Source: a candidate division WWE3 bacterium GW2011_GWC2_41_23 (lineage in GTDB: Bacteria; Patescibacteriota; WWE3; UBA101185; UBA10185). Taken from it: 64,000 nucleotides of DNA. Of the stretch, positions 8,426 through 19,430 are shown in pieces. A program made the translations under genes and the position numbers. The notes beneath the pieces were generated by a model that saw nothing but the letters and a program-made list of their open reading frames with translations, made no database searches and had not been told where the DNA came from. The stretch covers positions 27,596-91,595 of the forward strand of contig LCBB01000002.1 in assembly GCA_000996895.1 (NCBI GenBank). Direction: 5' to 3'. How positions within the stretch are numbered: position 1 is the stretch's first letter; every line of letters starts with the position of its first letter.

Positions 8426-9251
8426 CTCTCAACTCTCCTGTATTGACGCGCATATCCAACTCTTTGTCATAGACCCACTTTCTGTCACTTTTGTCATCGT
8501 AATATTTTAAAAAGTTCAATCTGTAGAAAACGGCGGCGGTGTCTAATAACATGTTTCGGATGTGCCGGTCGAGAAAGAAAAACGCCGAAAATGAGGATTC
8601 AGAAAAATCTATATTTACATATACCGGAGCTTCGTAAATATTATGAAAGCCCAAATGGCTTGCTACGGCCAATAGCTCGATGTCGAAAGCAAATTCTTTT
8701 ATTACAAGCCTGGGTAATACTTTGACCAGAACTTCCCGTTTAAATACCTTCAGCCCCGTCTGAGTATCCTTCACGTGTAAACCGAAAAGTAACCACACCA
8801 AAGTGTGATAGCCCCAGCTATAAACTCTTCTCACAATAGGATATTTAACCTTAGATGCCGGATGTTTTTTGCTCCCCACAATAATATCCGCTCCGTACCA
8901 TTCCATGTGTTCGAGAAGCATTGAAATTCCGTTGGGGTTAATGTCCATCCCTGCGTCTATGAACGAAACGTAATCGCCCGACGCCCTTGCCATACCGTAT
9001 CTGATTGCGTAACCTTTTCCTCTATTTCTCTCATAACAAAATGCTTTTAATTTTTTATTTTCCAAAGATTTTGCAATATCGTATGTTTTATCAAGCACGC
9101 CGTCGACAACTACTATAATTTCAAAATCCCACCTGGTTTGAAGCATAGTGTTCAGTATATTTTCAAGATCTTGTTTGATGGTTTTTTCTTGTTTATAGGC
9201 AGGGACAATTATCGAAACAAGTTTTTCAGATTTCTGTTGCTCTTTTTCCAT
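8418..9251 (-). CDS. GT2, polyprenol-phosphate glycosyltransferase (DPG/DPM synthase-like)
   Basis: Motifs VSIIVPAYK, NRGKGYA, FIDAGMD, DTQTGLK and FAFDIELL. Confidence 0.85.
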   Translation of the reverse strand: MEKEQQKSEKLVSIIVPAYKQEKTIKQDLENILNTMLQTRWDFEIIVVVDGVLDKTYDIAKSLENKKLKAFCYERNRGKGYAIRYGMARASGDYVSFIDAGMDINPNGISMLLEHMEWYGADIIVGSKKHPASKVKYPIVRRVYSWGYHTLVWLLFGLHVKDTQTGLKVFKREVLVKVLPRLVIKEFAFDIELLAVASHLGFHNIYEAPVYVNIDFSESSFSAFFFLDRHIRNMLLDTAAVFYRLNFLKYYDDKSDRKWVYDKELDMRVNTGELRGE

Positions 9252-10503
9252 TGTTACCTACTATAAAAAATACGGAAAGAAGTACTAAGCTGATTATACC
9301 AGCATATATGTCGGCACTGATTACATTGTACAAAGTCGCGTGATTTGAGTTTATTAGTACATACTGGACGATTAAACCAGGCAGCAACAGTAGGAACACG
9401 GAGGTTCTATTGACGGCCAAAAAGAACAGTACCAGAAAGTTAATCACTATATATAAACCGATGAATAGCGAGAAAACCGGCAAGTACTCCACCGAGTTCA
9501 TAAATCTTTCTCCGAAAAATAGTCTGGTCAGAAAAGAAGGAAATAATGAGAAGGCTACCAATCCTCCGGCGACCAATACTAACTGAAGTGATAAAAATTT
9601 AAAAAACGCCCGGCCGTAATTTAACCCCCGCGCAGCCAGCGAAGAAATTGTAGGGAACATTACCGTAGAAACTGCACCGGCACCGAATAGAAAAATTTTA
9701 CCTAAAGTAACAGTACCCGCATAATATCCGGCCATTTCCGGATCAAAATATTTTTTAACTAGAATTATGTCTATATTATTTAGAAACATTAATCCGAAAC
9801 TTACAAACATTACCGGAAGGCTGAACGCGAGTAATCTTTTGTAGTCCTCCATTAAGCTGATGTTTTCAAAAACCGTTAAGTTCTTGCGTAAAATAAAAAA
9901 TGCGGTGAGTAGCGCTAACACACCGGCAACAAACATTCCTCCGAACGCTCCCGCTAATTTAAACCCTAATAAAACGGCAAGAACAGAAAAACCAAAACGG
10001 TAAAAGCTCGACAACACATTGAAAAAGGCGTAAGCACGGTATCTTAGCAAACCCTGAAAGTACGAGGCCGGTATTGCCCCTGCGAAAGCCAATCCCATCG
10101 AAATACCGTAAACGGTAATAAGAACGGTGTCATTGATTTTTAGTTGTTCCGAAATACTAAATCTAAGTAAAAAAATCGCTAGTGATATTCCAACCCCCAG
10201 CACCAGTGAAATTACAAGAAGTTTCCAGTACATTGCCGTAAGTTTTTTTGAATCCTGCCTCGAAGAAAGTTCCGAAACATATTTTATAAGTGAGACGCTG
10301 AAAACTCCCGCAGGAACACCCACCAAATATGAGAGAGAAATCAAAGCATTAAAAGTTCCGAAATCGGCAACTGAAAGTATTCTACCGAAAACAAATTGCA
10401 GTAAATACGAAAAAATAGAAGCCAAAACACTACCGACTCCTATATATACCGTACCCATCAGATACTTATTCGTTTTAACTTTTTGTATGAATGCCCCAAT
10501 CAT
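9226..10503 (-). CDS. Oligosaccharide flippase (Wzx / MOP family)
   Basis: About 12 hydrophobic segments; GRILSVADFGTF, NNIDIILVK and AGYYA motifs. Confidence 0.8.
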   Translation of the reverse strand: MIGAFIQKVKTNKYLMGTVYIGVGSVLASIFSYLLQFVFGRILSVADFGTFNALISLSYLVGVPAGVFSVSLIKYVSELSSRQDSKKLTAMYWKLLVISLVLGVGISLAIFLLRFSISEQLKINDTVLITVYGISMGLAFAGAIPASYFQGLLRYRAYAFFNVLSSFYRFGFSVLAVLLGFKLAGAFGGMFVAGVLALLTAFFILRKNLTVFENISLMEDYKRLLAFSLPVMFVSFGLMFLNNIDIILVKKYFDPEMAGYYAGTVTLGKIFLFGAGAVSTVMFPTISSLAARGLNYGRAFFKFLSLQLVLVAGGLVAFSLFPSFLTRLFFGERFMNSVEYLPVFSLFIGLYIVINFLVLFFLAVNRTSVFLLLLPGLIVQYVLINSNHATLYNVISADIYAGIISLVLLSVFFIVGNNGKRATEI

Positions 10504-12092
10504 AATGAAGTTCTCTCGTACACTTTATATACTTCAACACCACGGAGATAGATGCTATCTACATACTTTAAACCGAACCTTTTCTCTTCCCCGGAAATGT
10601 CGCCCCATACAGGATAGACAAAGTACTTCGTTTTTACCGCGAAAGGCGTTAAGTCCTCGATGACCGCGTATCCCCCTATTACACGGAAAAACGGGTGAAT
10701 CTGGGTATAATATTTTTCCTGGAAAGCTACGGTTAAAGCATTTCCTGCCTCCGATCCGCTCAGAACTTTTTCTAAAGAAGTGTTGCCGTAAACAGGGTTC
10801 AATCCGTCTTCGGTCATTTTCTTTTCAAAAAAGTTTATAACTTGTCTTTCCCCGATTAGCCACTTAGGCTCCAAGACGTTTATTCCTGTTTTAAGGCCGC
10901 CGAACATCGGGTTGTAATACGACATGTAGTCAGGATGGAGGTAGAATGCAGGTATTGCCGTGGCAATTACCAAAGGAATAAATTTCAAGAAACTTCTTCC
11001 TTTTATTTTTTCCAGTAGCCAAATCCAGAACAAAGACGTGATTAAAGACAACATCATAATATTCGGTAAAATGTAACGGTCCAGTTTCTTTGACGGAATT
11101 ATTAACTGCGCGAAATAAAATCCTACAAACAACAAAACGTAGAGTAAAAACTTGCGTTGTCCTTCAACAAATATTTTTTTCCAAAATATTGCGGTTCCGA
11201 TTAAACCTAAAATTAAAAGATAAGAAGAGCGTAAACCCAAAACTACGAAATAGTAGAAAAAGCCCGGGTCTTCTACAAGCTTTCCGAAATAGAATTGTAC
11301 GTGCTCCCTTTCAATTCCGATTTCCGACACCCCGCGGTAGAGCGCTGCCAGAGCCTGCCCGGGAAATGCCCACATAGCGGGCCAAAATGCCGTGAACGTG
11401 GCTAAAAATATAAGAAGCCACAATCCGATTTTCGGTAAAGCGGTGACAATATTTTTCCTTCCTTCTATCAGCAATATAAGCCCCGCGTAAGGAAACATAA
11501 ATAATGCTGAGGTCTTGGTTAAAAAAGCCAGTCCCGCGAATACAGCCGAAACTACCAATCTTTTTTTCTTGCCCATATCCAGTGTGTAATAGTAAAGCCA
11601 CAAAAAAGACGCCAGCATAAACGTCGACATCAATCCTTCCAAATGGAACTCGCGGGTTAAAGCAAGGTAGAACGGTTCAAGAGAAAGTAAGGTAACTAAC
11701 AATAAAGCTTTTCTCGCCCCGAACAATTTTTTGAGTACGAAAAGTGAGAGACCCAGTGTTACCGCTATTGCAGTCACCACGAAGAGTTTTTGCACAAAGT
11801 GAAGCTGAAAAATCATCGCGACGCTATTTTCGGCAGGATTACTCTCGGAATAAAAATTGTAAACTTTTATTGCAGCCGTCCCGAGCCACATTAAAGTAAC
11901 CCCGGGATGATATTTCTGAATTGTCTTTTCTAAATCCCAAGTAAAGACACCGGTGCCGAAATCGTAGCTACGCGCCTTCCATTTCCATACATCGGTATTA
12001 AACGTATCGTTCCCAAGATCAGGAAGCCTGGAGGCTATAAAAAGAAGGGCAAAAAGTATTTCAAGTAAGTGGTTTTTAATAAATTTAATCAT
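10500..12092 (-). CDS. GT-C (ArnT/PMT-like) membrane glycosyltransferase
   Basis: Multi-TM; D in the first loop; YHPGVTLMW, AFLTK and KKLDRYILP; paralog of 13575-15149. Confidence 0.75.
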   Translation of the reverse strand: MIKFIKNHLLEILFALLFIASRLPDLGNDTFNTDVWKWKARSYDFGTGVFTWDLEKTIQKYHPGVTLMWLGTAAIKVYNFYSESNPAENSVAMIFQLHFVQKLFVVTAIAVTLGLSLFVLKKLFGARKALLLVTLLSLEPFYLALTREFHLEGLMSTFMLASFLWLYYYTLDMGKKKRLVVSAVFAGLAFLTKTSALFMFPYAGLILLIEGRKNIVTALPKIGLWLLIFLATFTAFWPAMWAFPGQALAALYRGVSEIGIEREHVQFYFGKLVEDPGFFYYFVVLGLRSSYLLILGLIGTAIFWKKIFVEGQRKFLLYVLLFVGFYFAQLIIPSKKLDRYILPNIMMLSLITSLFWIWLLEKIKGRSFLKFIPLVIATAIPAFYLHPDYMSYYNPMFGGLKTGINVLEPKWLIGERQVINFFEKKMTEDGLNPVYGNTSLEKVLSGSEAGNALTVAFQEKYYTQIHPFFRVIGGYAVIEDLTPFAVKTKYFVYPVWGDISGEEKRFGLKYVDSIYLRGVEVYKVYERTSL

Positions 12093-13594
12093 TAGCGGAT
12101 CATCTCCTCGACCGTGATATACGGGCCAATTCTACCTTTGTTAGACACCTCAAAAAGGGCTTTGCCCGAAGAAACTCCTTTGTCCGTTTCGATGTAATAA
12201 TAACGCGTTCCTTTAGGTAGTTTTGTTGCATCTTTCACCGCATTATTAAATACATACTTCGCTACGGGCTCTACATCCGAGCTTCCGTAAACTACCCGCG
12301 TACCCAGCGGAACTTCTGTCTCCAGAAATTTTTGCAACTCCAGCCGTGTGTCGTTTCTTAAAAATCTTACTGAATTATAAACGGACAAATAGAACGGAGG
12401 TAAAAATAAAATGAGAATTATCGGAAAATATAATGACTTCATTCCCAGACTCGCCTTATTCATAGCCCACACACAGAAATAACCGAATATGACCGAAAAG
12501 AACGGGTATGTAATGAAGTAATACTGCGAACGGCTTTTTTCGAAACCCGAAATGTAATAAATTAGGGCAAACACCGTAATTATTAAAAACATCAAAGACA
12601 CGTCAAACCTGGAAAATTTTCCTCTTAAAAATCTAATAAGAACAAGGCCGGAAGTTAGAAACAGCCCGATCAAAATTGTGTAACCTAGGTCATCCGATAT
12701 TTTAAAACTTATGTCCGTGAAAAATTTTACCAGATGCTCGGAAAAACTTACCGAACCCACGTTGGTGAACTGCCAAAAAGCTCCCACTGCCGAGTCGGTC
12801 CTGCTAAAGGTCTTATAGTCCAGGATGGCATACGGTGTACCGAGGACAAACCCCAAAAAGGCAAAAATGCCGGCTAAAAAGAGGTTCAAAATCGTCTTAA
12901 AATAGGGAAAATCGCCCCTTGTATCGGAAAGGCGTATTTTGACCAAAACCCAGCGTAAAAACGCCGCCAAAGGTACTGTAACGGCTCCCAGACCCCCGTT
13001 ATACTTGTTCGAGGCGGCGATCCCTATAAAAAACCCCGACATTATATAGTCTATAGGATATCCGTGGACAAGAATACGCGCGGCAAAGTAAACCCCCCAC
13101 GACATAAAAAACAACATGGGCGCGTCAGGGAGCGAATAGTGGGAATGCCACACGTGAAAAGGGATTAAGGTAAAAGCCAGGGCTGAGAGGAGACCGACTT
13201 TATCGCCGAACAGAACTTTTCCGGTTTTATATATTGGAATCACCGTTAACGCCCCAAGCACTGCCGCAAAAACGCGCGTTATAAAATAGAAAACGACGGT
13301 GTCGTCCCACATGAGCGGAAATATTTTAATCATAAAGTTTTGAAAGTTATAATCGATTGCGAGATCCCGGATCTTAGCAAAAACCAGATAAACAAAATAG
13401 TTAGCATATATAAAAAAGTGAGGCCAGTCGAAGTGACCGGGATTCGGATCAAACCTCACATCAAGAGCAGACCGGACTATTGTAGGTTCGTCGGGGTGGA
13501 AAATAAAAGGGAATCCGTGACTTATTCCCGCTAGTCTTAATGCAAGGGCAAGAAATATTATCAGGTATAAAAGACTACTTGTCTTCCTTGACAT
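12092..13594 (-). CDS. GT-C (PMT_2/ArnT-like) membrane glycosyltransferase
   Basis: HPDEP loop motif, FDWP, SHYSLPD and ASNKYNG; multi-TM. Confidence 0.8.
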   Translation of the reverse strand: MSRKTSSLLYLIIFLALALRLAGISHGFPFIFHPDEPTIVRSALDVRFDPNPGHFDWPHFFIYANYFVYLVFAKIRDLAIDYNFQNFMIKIFPLMWDDTVVFYFITRVFAAVLGALTVIPIYKTGKVLFGDKVGLLSALAFTLIPFHVWHSHYSLPDAPMLFFMSWGVYFAARILVHGYPIDYIMSGFFIGIAASNKYNGGLGAVTVPLAAFLRWVLVKIRLSDTRGDFPYFKTILNLFLAGIFAFLGFVLGTPYAILDYKTFSRTDSAVGAFWQFTNVGSVSFSEHLVKFFTDISFKISDDLGYTILIGLFLTSGLVLIRFLRGKFSRFDVSLMFLIITVFALIYYISGFEKSRSQYYFITYPFFSVIFGYFCVWAMNKASLGMKSLYFPIILILFLPPFYLSVYNSVRFLRNDTRLELQKFLETEVPLGTRVVYGSSDVEPVAKYVFNNAVKDATKLPKGTRYYYIETDKGVSSGKALFEVSNKGRIGPYITVEEMIR

Positions 13595-15149
13595 ATATTC
13601 TCCAGTACTCCAATCCGTTAACGTAAAGCGATGAATCTTTCCTGAACCTGGTTCCGCTTTTTAAAACTTTTTCGGGCATTTCTTCGTTTATTCCTAAGAC
13701 TAATAGTTCGTAATCGCTTACCCCGTTAATCCTTATATCCGCTACTTTTGAGTTCGAGTAAATTGCTTTCATAGGCTTTGTGTCTATAAAACCCAGCTCC
13801 GGTTCACCGCCGTACTTCTCTATTATGTAGTCCTTAAGTGCCGGAACCGCGATGCCGAATGGTTTTTGGGCAATAATCCTGTTTGCCGATTCAGCAGTAC
13901 CGAACAACGGGCTGGTATATGTAAAGTAGTAAGGAAAATCCACGACCGCGGGTAGGATGTAAAAAAGAGTAAATGAGAATATTGCCAGGCTCATGAATAT
14001 TTTCTTTAACCTGGTCGTTTTTATTAATAAGTAAAATCTTAAAATTCCATGAGCAGCTAAAAGCGCTAAAAACGGATAAAGCGGAAGCATGTATCTATCA
14101 AGTTTTTTGGACGGGTAAATCATGACGAAAAAATATCCGAGATAGAACATGGCAAGATAAAGGTAAGGGTTGGAATATTTAGAGGCAAAAATTTTCATAA
14201 CCGCAGTAGCGGACTTTGCGCATTTTATTAAACAAAGCGCGAGTCCGGTTATTAAAAACGGCGTAACTTTAATTAGAAGCACCAGCGGATAAAATAAAAT
14301 CCCCGCGTCCTGTGTTGTTTCCCCGAATACTATCTGTTCGTGACCTTTTCTTATTCCTACTCTTTCAGACTCGGCAAATATCTCCGTCATGTAGTAAACC
14401 GGCCTTACCCACAAAGCGGGAAATAATAAAAAGGTTGTTACGATAAACGCACCCAATATTGTACAAAAGTATTTCAAAAGTCCTCTGAGATCTTTTTTAT
14501 TCGCAAAGTAAGCTGTTGAAAAAATCAATACAAAAAAGAGAGCGCCTATACCGATGCTTTTGGTAAGAAATGAAAGTGACAAGAACACCCCCGTCAGAAT
14601 TGTCCCCTTATAGCTAAAATTCCTGAGATTTAACCAGCTTATAAGCAAACCTATAAGCACAAACAGCGCCAGCAGTATATCCATGTGGTACAACCTGGAA
14701 TTGCCCATAAAAAAGGGTTCCAGGGAGAAAAGAAACACCGAAAAATAGGCTATTTTGAACCCAACCACCCGCGTTAAATAATATAAAAGAATAAAGGTCA
14801 GAATTAACTGGGCAGCCACCACCGAAACTTTAGCCACGGTATTAAAGGCCAGGAAGTTGAATTGATCGTAAGTGGTTATCCCCGTGATTTGTTTATAGAT
14901 CTCAATCGGCACTCCTGTAATCCACATTAAAGTGACGCCCGGATGATAATGCTGGTAAGTTCGCTCAAAATCCCCCGATTTTAAACCGACAATAAATTGC
15001 TGCGACCTATAATGCCAGTTAACTCCGTCGGGGTTTATTTCGTCGGGGCCAAGAAAAAGAAAACGCGTTAAACCAAAGACCAGTATAAAAAAAATGATAG
15101 CCACGTGCTTATTGGTAATAAGACCGGTTAAACGTTCCCGTATTTTCAT
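13575..15149 (-). CDS. GT-C (ArnT/PMT-like) membrane glycosyltransferase
   Basis: NPDG, YHPGVTLMW, SFLTKS and KKLDRYMLP; multi-TM. Confidence 0.75.
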   Translation of the reverse strand: MKIRERLTGLITNKHVAIIFFILVFGLTRFLFLGPDEINPDGVNWHYRSQQFIVGLKSGDFERTYQHYHPGVTLMWITGVPIEIYKQITGITTYDQFNFLAFNTVAKVSVVAAQLILTFILLYYLTRVVGFKIAYFSVFLFSLEPFFMGNSRLYHMDILLALFVLIGLLISWLNLRNFSYKGTILTGVFLSLSFLTKSIGIGALFFVLIFSTAYFANKKDLRGLLKYFCTILGAFIVTTFLLFPALWVRPVYYMTEIFAESERVGIRKGHEQIVFGETTQDAGILFYPLVLLIKVTPFLITGLALCLIKCAKSATAVMKIFASKYSNPYLYLAMFYLGYFFVMIYPSKKLDRYMLPLYPFLALLAAHGILRFYLLIKTTRLKKIFMSLAIFSFTLFYILPAVVDFPYYFTYTSPLFGTAESANRIIAQKPFGIAVPALKDYIIEKYGGEPELGFIDTKPMKAIYSNSKVADIRINGVSDYELLVLGINEEMPEKVLKSGTRFRKDSSLYVNGLEYWRIYVKEDK

Positions 15150-15150
15150 A

Positions 15151-16620
15151 TTATTTCTTCAACGCCCTCACAAATTTTTTCGCGTATTCAATTCCGCTTT
15201 GAACTTCTTTTTTAGTCAAATAGCCCGGAATGAAAAACGCCCAAATTAACATCCCGAACAAAAACGGAAAGAATGCAATCTTCATATTTAACGGCAACAT
15301 TGCGATCATAGAAATTGAAAACGCCTGCGCAAGTATCGCTAGATGATCAATGTTAAAATAGCTGAACTTTAATTTTTTTCCTGTAGCAACACTTATATAT
15401 AAAAAAGACATCGCAGAGCCGAAAGCCATTCCCCACGCCATGCCCGGAAGGGCGCCGATAGTGCGGTATGTTCCGAAAAAGAAAGCTGCGGTTGCCGCTA
15501 TCAGCAATGCAAACCCGGCTATCATATGTTTAACCATTTTTGCCGGAATCAAGACGCTGGATTTTACAATATTGATGAAAGAATATAGGATAAACGCGAA
15601 TATGACCGGTGCAATCAAAACGTAGGAATCCTGATACTTATCCCCTCCCACTACCAGGTTCACGATTTCGGGAGCCCAATATGAAGCAAACGCGGCTGCT
15701 GCGATGACGCTTATAAAAATCTTGTCGAAATTTTTAGTAAAAAGTCTTTTGAAATCCGCAAAATCTTTCACATATTTTTCGGAAAGAACGGGAAGGCTTA
15801 CATCCGTAACAGCATCAGAAATACTCATTAACTTCTTTGCGTACAAAAGTGCGAACGCAAAAATAGCTATAACTTCCGGAGAGTTAAATAATCCCAGAAC
15901 GTTTGTTCCAAACTTTTCCCAGTTGGTGTAAATAATTTTCACAAGATAAATTGCCATACTTATTGAAAATATTTCTTTGAAAAGACGGTTAAAATCTGAG
16001 CGGCTCGGAAACTGCATACTCCCTCTTAAAGGTTTGAAAGCTATATAACCCAAAATAATAGAGCTCAGGACATTGAACATGAAAAAGGCGTAGAAGTAGC
16101 CGTTTACCCTGTAAGTTAAAACAAGCGGTATAAAGATAACCACGCTCGCGGCGGCAATTGCGATTTGATATAGAAATAGCTGTTTAAATCTTTTTGTACC
16201 GGATATAACCGAGTTTAGAATACTCTGCACTCCCTGGAAAAGTAGTGTAAGGGCATAAATTTTAATGGGAAGGACAAGAACTTCATTTTTGTAAATATCA
16301 ACCGCCACATAATTCGCCGCAAGAAAAAGCCCGATAGCAATCGGAACGGTGATGGCGTAACGTATTACCGCCGAAGTTATGAATATTTTAAAAACTTCTT
16401 TGTCGTCAGATGCCGAAGAAATTTCACGGGTGCTTGCTGAAGCAAGACCCAAGTGTTGATAAATTCCGAGCGCGCCGCCTATTGAAATCGCGAGCTGTAT
16501 AACTCCCCACTCCCCCACACTAAGTACGCGGATTATCACAAATGTCTGCACCAGTCCCAAAAGCATCGCCATGGACCTTGACGCAAAACTAATTATTTGC
16601 CATTTTCCGAGTTCTTTCAT
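15151..16620 (-). CDS. Oligosaccharide flippase (Wzx / MOP family)
   Basis: RVLSVGEWG, HLGLASASTREIS and LPVLS; about 14 TM segments. Confidence 0.8.
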   Translation of the reverse strand: MKELGKWQIISFASRSMAMLLGLVQTFVIIRVLSVGEWGVIQLAISIGGALGIYQHLGLASASTREISSASDDKEVFKIFITSAVIRYAITVPIAIGLFLAANYVAVDIYKNEVLVLPIKIYALTLLFQGVQSILNSVISGTKRFKQLFLYQIAIAAASVVIFIPLVLTYRVNGYFYAFFMFNVLSSIILGYIAFKPLRGSMQFPSRSDFNRLFKEIFSISMAIYLVKIIYTNWEKFGTNVLGLFNSPEVIAIFAFALLYAKKLMSISDAVTDVSLPVLSEKYVKDFADFKRLFTKNFDKIFISVIAAAAFASYWAPEIVNLVVGGDKYQDSYVLIAPVIFAFILYSFINIVKSSVLIPAKMVKHMIAGFALLIAATAAFFFGTYRTIGALPGMAWGMAFGSAMSFLYISVATGKKLKFSYFNIDHLAILAQAFSISMIAMLPLNMKIAFFPFLFGMLIWAFFIPGYLTKKEVQSGIEYAKKFVRALKK

Positions 16621-16624
16621 ATTT

Positions 16625-18733
16625 CTACTGTATAAGTATATTCCCTATGTATAAATTTCGGGTCTTTACTTTGTTGGACATACCGACAAAAACTCTATAA
16701 TCTCCGGGGTCCAAGAAAGAAGGGAAATTAACATTCAGATCTTCAATATAGTAGCGGTCCGAATCCCAGTCGGCAGGTTGAATTAGCGAGAAAGACGGAA
16801 GACTCGCAATTTCGTAAAGCTCTCCTGTCTTTTCATTCATAAAAGTCATATACATTACAAAACCGTTCAGAGAATCACTCGTTCTTTTGAAAAAGACAAG
16901 TCTAAAATTTTCGGCAACTCCCCTTGTAGCTTTTGCAGGGTAATTGTAGTCGGCAATTTCGGTTCCGAACAAAATATTATATTCATATTTTGCCGGATAA
17001 CTGAATTTTTCCTGCATCGGAAGCAAGTCGGTTTTTTCGTGAAAACCTACTTTCTTAAAAACAAATAAGTTTCCACACCCGGTCAACAGTTCATAATCCT
17101 TGCTTTTAATAATTTCGGCAGTAACATCCCGCACTAAACTTGTTTCAACATCTAAAATAGTCAGGATCTTGCGGGAAAAAACATCGACTATCACATAGTC
17201 AGCGCTGGTGTATAAGGCCGGAAATATTGCGTAGGTTTCCCTGAGCGATAGATGTGCTCCCAAGTAGTCGGGTCCTGTGACCGATGCCCCGTCAGGTATC
17301 AAACCGACGATCTTTGCGGCGCACGCAACGTCTTTGTTGTCCAAATCAGGAAGTTTAACCACTTCCCCCACCTTTAGTTTGCTTTTCCAGACAGCTTCCG
17401 GGTCCGATTCCGCTAACACTCTTTTTCGTATGGCCTGATCAATCCAGAGGTAAACCGGATTGTTAAAGGCGTAAGACGTGTGTATGCCGGAAATAACCAT
17501 AGCTACTCCGAAAAGTATCTGAACGCCTTTTATCACGCGGGGGCGTCTTTTTCTAAAATTCCCCAAAGCGTCGGCAATCATTCCGATGGCATAAATCGAA
17601 GATATAAAAAGAACCGGAATTATCATGGAAATTCTGTGGTTTGTTATCTCTGCCGTACCGACACCGTCAGCCGAAGTTAAATAATTTATTAAAAAGTCGG
17701 GAGCGGCTATAACTAGTATCTGAGGGTACGCTAATGGTAAAAATAAAACGGGGTCGAAAGTTTTTCTCAAATTATCAATCCTGTCTCCTCCGAAAAATAT
17801 TCTGATTGCTTTCCGATGGTCCAAAACCATTCCTATGAGGACGTCGGTATAGGATTCGCCAAAGGCATCATATCTGCTTAAAAAGTAGTTGGGTTTTGAC
17901 ACATCGCGTGTGGTGTCCCCCGCAATACCTATTTCACGGGCAAACTTGTTATACCCCATAACTCTATATTGAGAATATGCCGGAATTATTATAAAAAACG
18001 CGGTTACAAACCATACTGTAGCTACCACAAACATGGACAAAGCGAGCTTTCCTGTGATTGTCTGATAAAACTTTTTTCCTTCTTCTTTGAGCGGTCTGAA
18101 GAAAAGTATGAACAACGAATACATCACAACATATAAAGGGAGCTGTTCTTTTCCTGCCATCGTAATAACAAGAAGCACCCAAAATATAATTAAGTTTTTT
18201 TTGCTAAAGTTTTTCTCTTTGTACATTTTCTCGAAAACGTAGAATGCTCCGAAAAAGAAAGGAACTGCGGCCGTAACTCCGTGAAATCCCGTCCACGCGT
18301 TTAGATAACCTAAAGCCGGGTATAAAAGGTATGAGATGCCGATCATCGCTGAAGCAGCTTTTGAACCCAATCTCAAATAAGCTATTCTGTAGACCAAATA
18401 CGCTGCCAGGATGAGTATTACGAACTGTGAGACTACCAGCGTAAGCGGGTGTTGATACACCGCGAATAAAGGAAGAAATAATAATAGTATCGGGTCGACG
18501 TGACTCATCGCCCATCTGGGTAAGTTTGTTCCGAAATAATCGGTGAGATACATAAATCTCCCGTGCATGGTATTCCAAAGCATCTGGGACATATTACCGA
18601 GATCAAATTTTCCGAAATCAAAATTGTTGTAGCGGAAAACATTTATACGGAAATTTACGGCAATATTTATCACAACAAATGCCGTGAGTATTAATATAAA
18701 TCTGTTTTCCCTAATAAACTTTATGATTTTCAT
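16625..18733 (-). CDS. DUF2079-like membrane protein (putative GT-C) with a C-terminal soluble domain
   Basis: FDLGNMSQMLWNT, SHVDPILL, GFHG and GKEQ motifs; multi-TM. Confidence 0.65.
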   Translation of the reverse strand: MKIIKFIRENRFILILTAFVVINIAVNFRINVFRYNNFDFGKFDLGNMSQMLWNTMHGRFMYLTDYFGTNLPRWAMSHVDPILLLFLPLFAVYQHPLTLVVSQFVILILAAYLVYRIAYLRLGSKAASAMIGISYLLYPALGYLNAWTGFHGVTAAVPFFFGAFYVFEKMYKEKNFSKKNLIIFWVLLVITMAGKEQLPLYVVMYSLFILFFRPLKEEGKKFYQTITGKLALSMFVVATVWFVTAFFIIIPAYSQYRVMGYNKFAREIGIAGDTTRDVSKPNYFLSRYDAFGESYTDVLIGMVLDHRKAIRIFFGGDRIDNLRKTFDPVLFLPLAYPQILVIAAPDFLINYLTSADGVGTAEITNHRISMIIPVLFISSIYAIGMIADALGNFRKRRPRVIKGVQILFGVAMVISGIHTSYAFNNPVYLWIDQAIRKRVLAESDPEAVWKSKLKVGEVVKLPDLDNKDVACAAKIVGLIPDGASVTGPDYLGAHLSLRETYAIFPALYTSADYVIVDVFSRKILTILDVETSLVRDVTAEIIKSKDYELLTGCGNLFVFKKVGFHEKTDLLPMQEKFSYPAKYEYNILFGTEIADYNYPAKATRGVAENFRLVFFKRTSDSLNGFVMYMTFMNEKTGELYEIASLPSFSLIQPADWDSDRYYIEDLNVNFPSFLDPGDYRVFVGMSNKVKTRNLYIGNILIQ

Positions 18734-18741
18734 CTTAACCG

Positions 18742-19428
18742 TCAATCCATAAATCTATATTTTATGAGTGTGAACAAAGCGTGTATTCCGTCCCGCCAGG
18801 TTATTTTTTTACCCTCGTTGTGAGTGCGCCCTCTGTATGAGATCGGAACTTCCCGTATCTTTAAACCCGACTTCAGTATTTTTGCCGTTATTTCAGGTTC
18901 AAAATCGAATCTTTCGGATTTTATATTTACATTTCTGACAAAATCTCCCGGCATTAGTTTGTAACAAGTCTCCATGTCGGTCAGCATTACACCGAAAAAA
19001 ATGTTTGTAATTAATGTCAGTATTTTGTTACCGAAGTAATGAAGAGTGGACATGTCCTCGTAGCTCCCTGAAAATCTACTTCCGTAGATTACTTGAGCTT
19101 TATGCTCGTCTAAGGCACGGATAAGTTTCAGGTAATCATTGGGGTCGTACTCAAGATCGGCGTCCTGCACAATTACATAATCACCGATCGTATGTTCAAA
19201 CCCAACCTTTAGAGCGTGCCCTTTTCCCCTGTTCTTCTCCTTATAATAAAAATGGACATCGGGATGGATCAATTCAAGTCCCTTTAAAATATCAATCGTA
19301 CCGTCGGTAGAAGCGTCATCTACCACGATTATTTCCTTATCCAAGCCCTGCACAGCTTTGATTTCGTTCAAAATTTTCTCTATCGTGTTTTTTTCGTTGT
19401 ACACGGGAACAACAATAGATAGCTTCAT
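18742..19428 (-). CDS. GT2, DPM synthase-like
   Basis: LSIVVPVYNE, DDASTDGT, QDADLEYDP, DMETCYK and FDFEPE. Confidence 0.9.
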   Translation of the reverse strand: MKLSIVVPVYNEKNTIEKILNEIKAVQGLDKEIIVVDDASTDGTIDILKGLELIHPDVHFYYKEKNRGKGHALKVGFEHTIGDYVIVQDADLEYDPNDYLKLIRALDEHKAQVIYGSRFSGSYEDMSTLHYFGNKILTLITNIFFGVMLTDMETCYKLMPGDFVRNVNIKSERFDFEPEITAKILKSGLKIREVPISYRGRTHNEGKKITWRDGIHALFTLIKYRFMD

Positions 19429-19430
19429 AT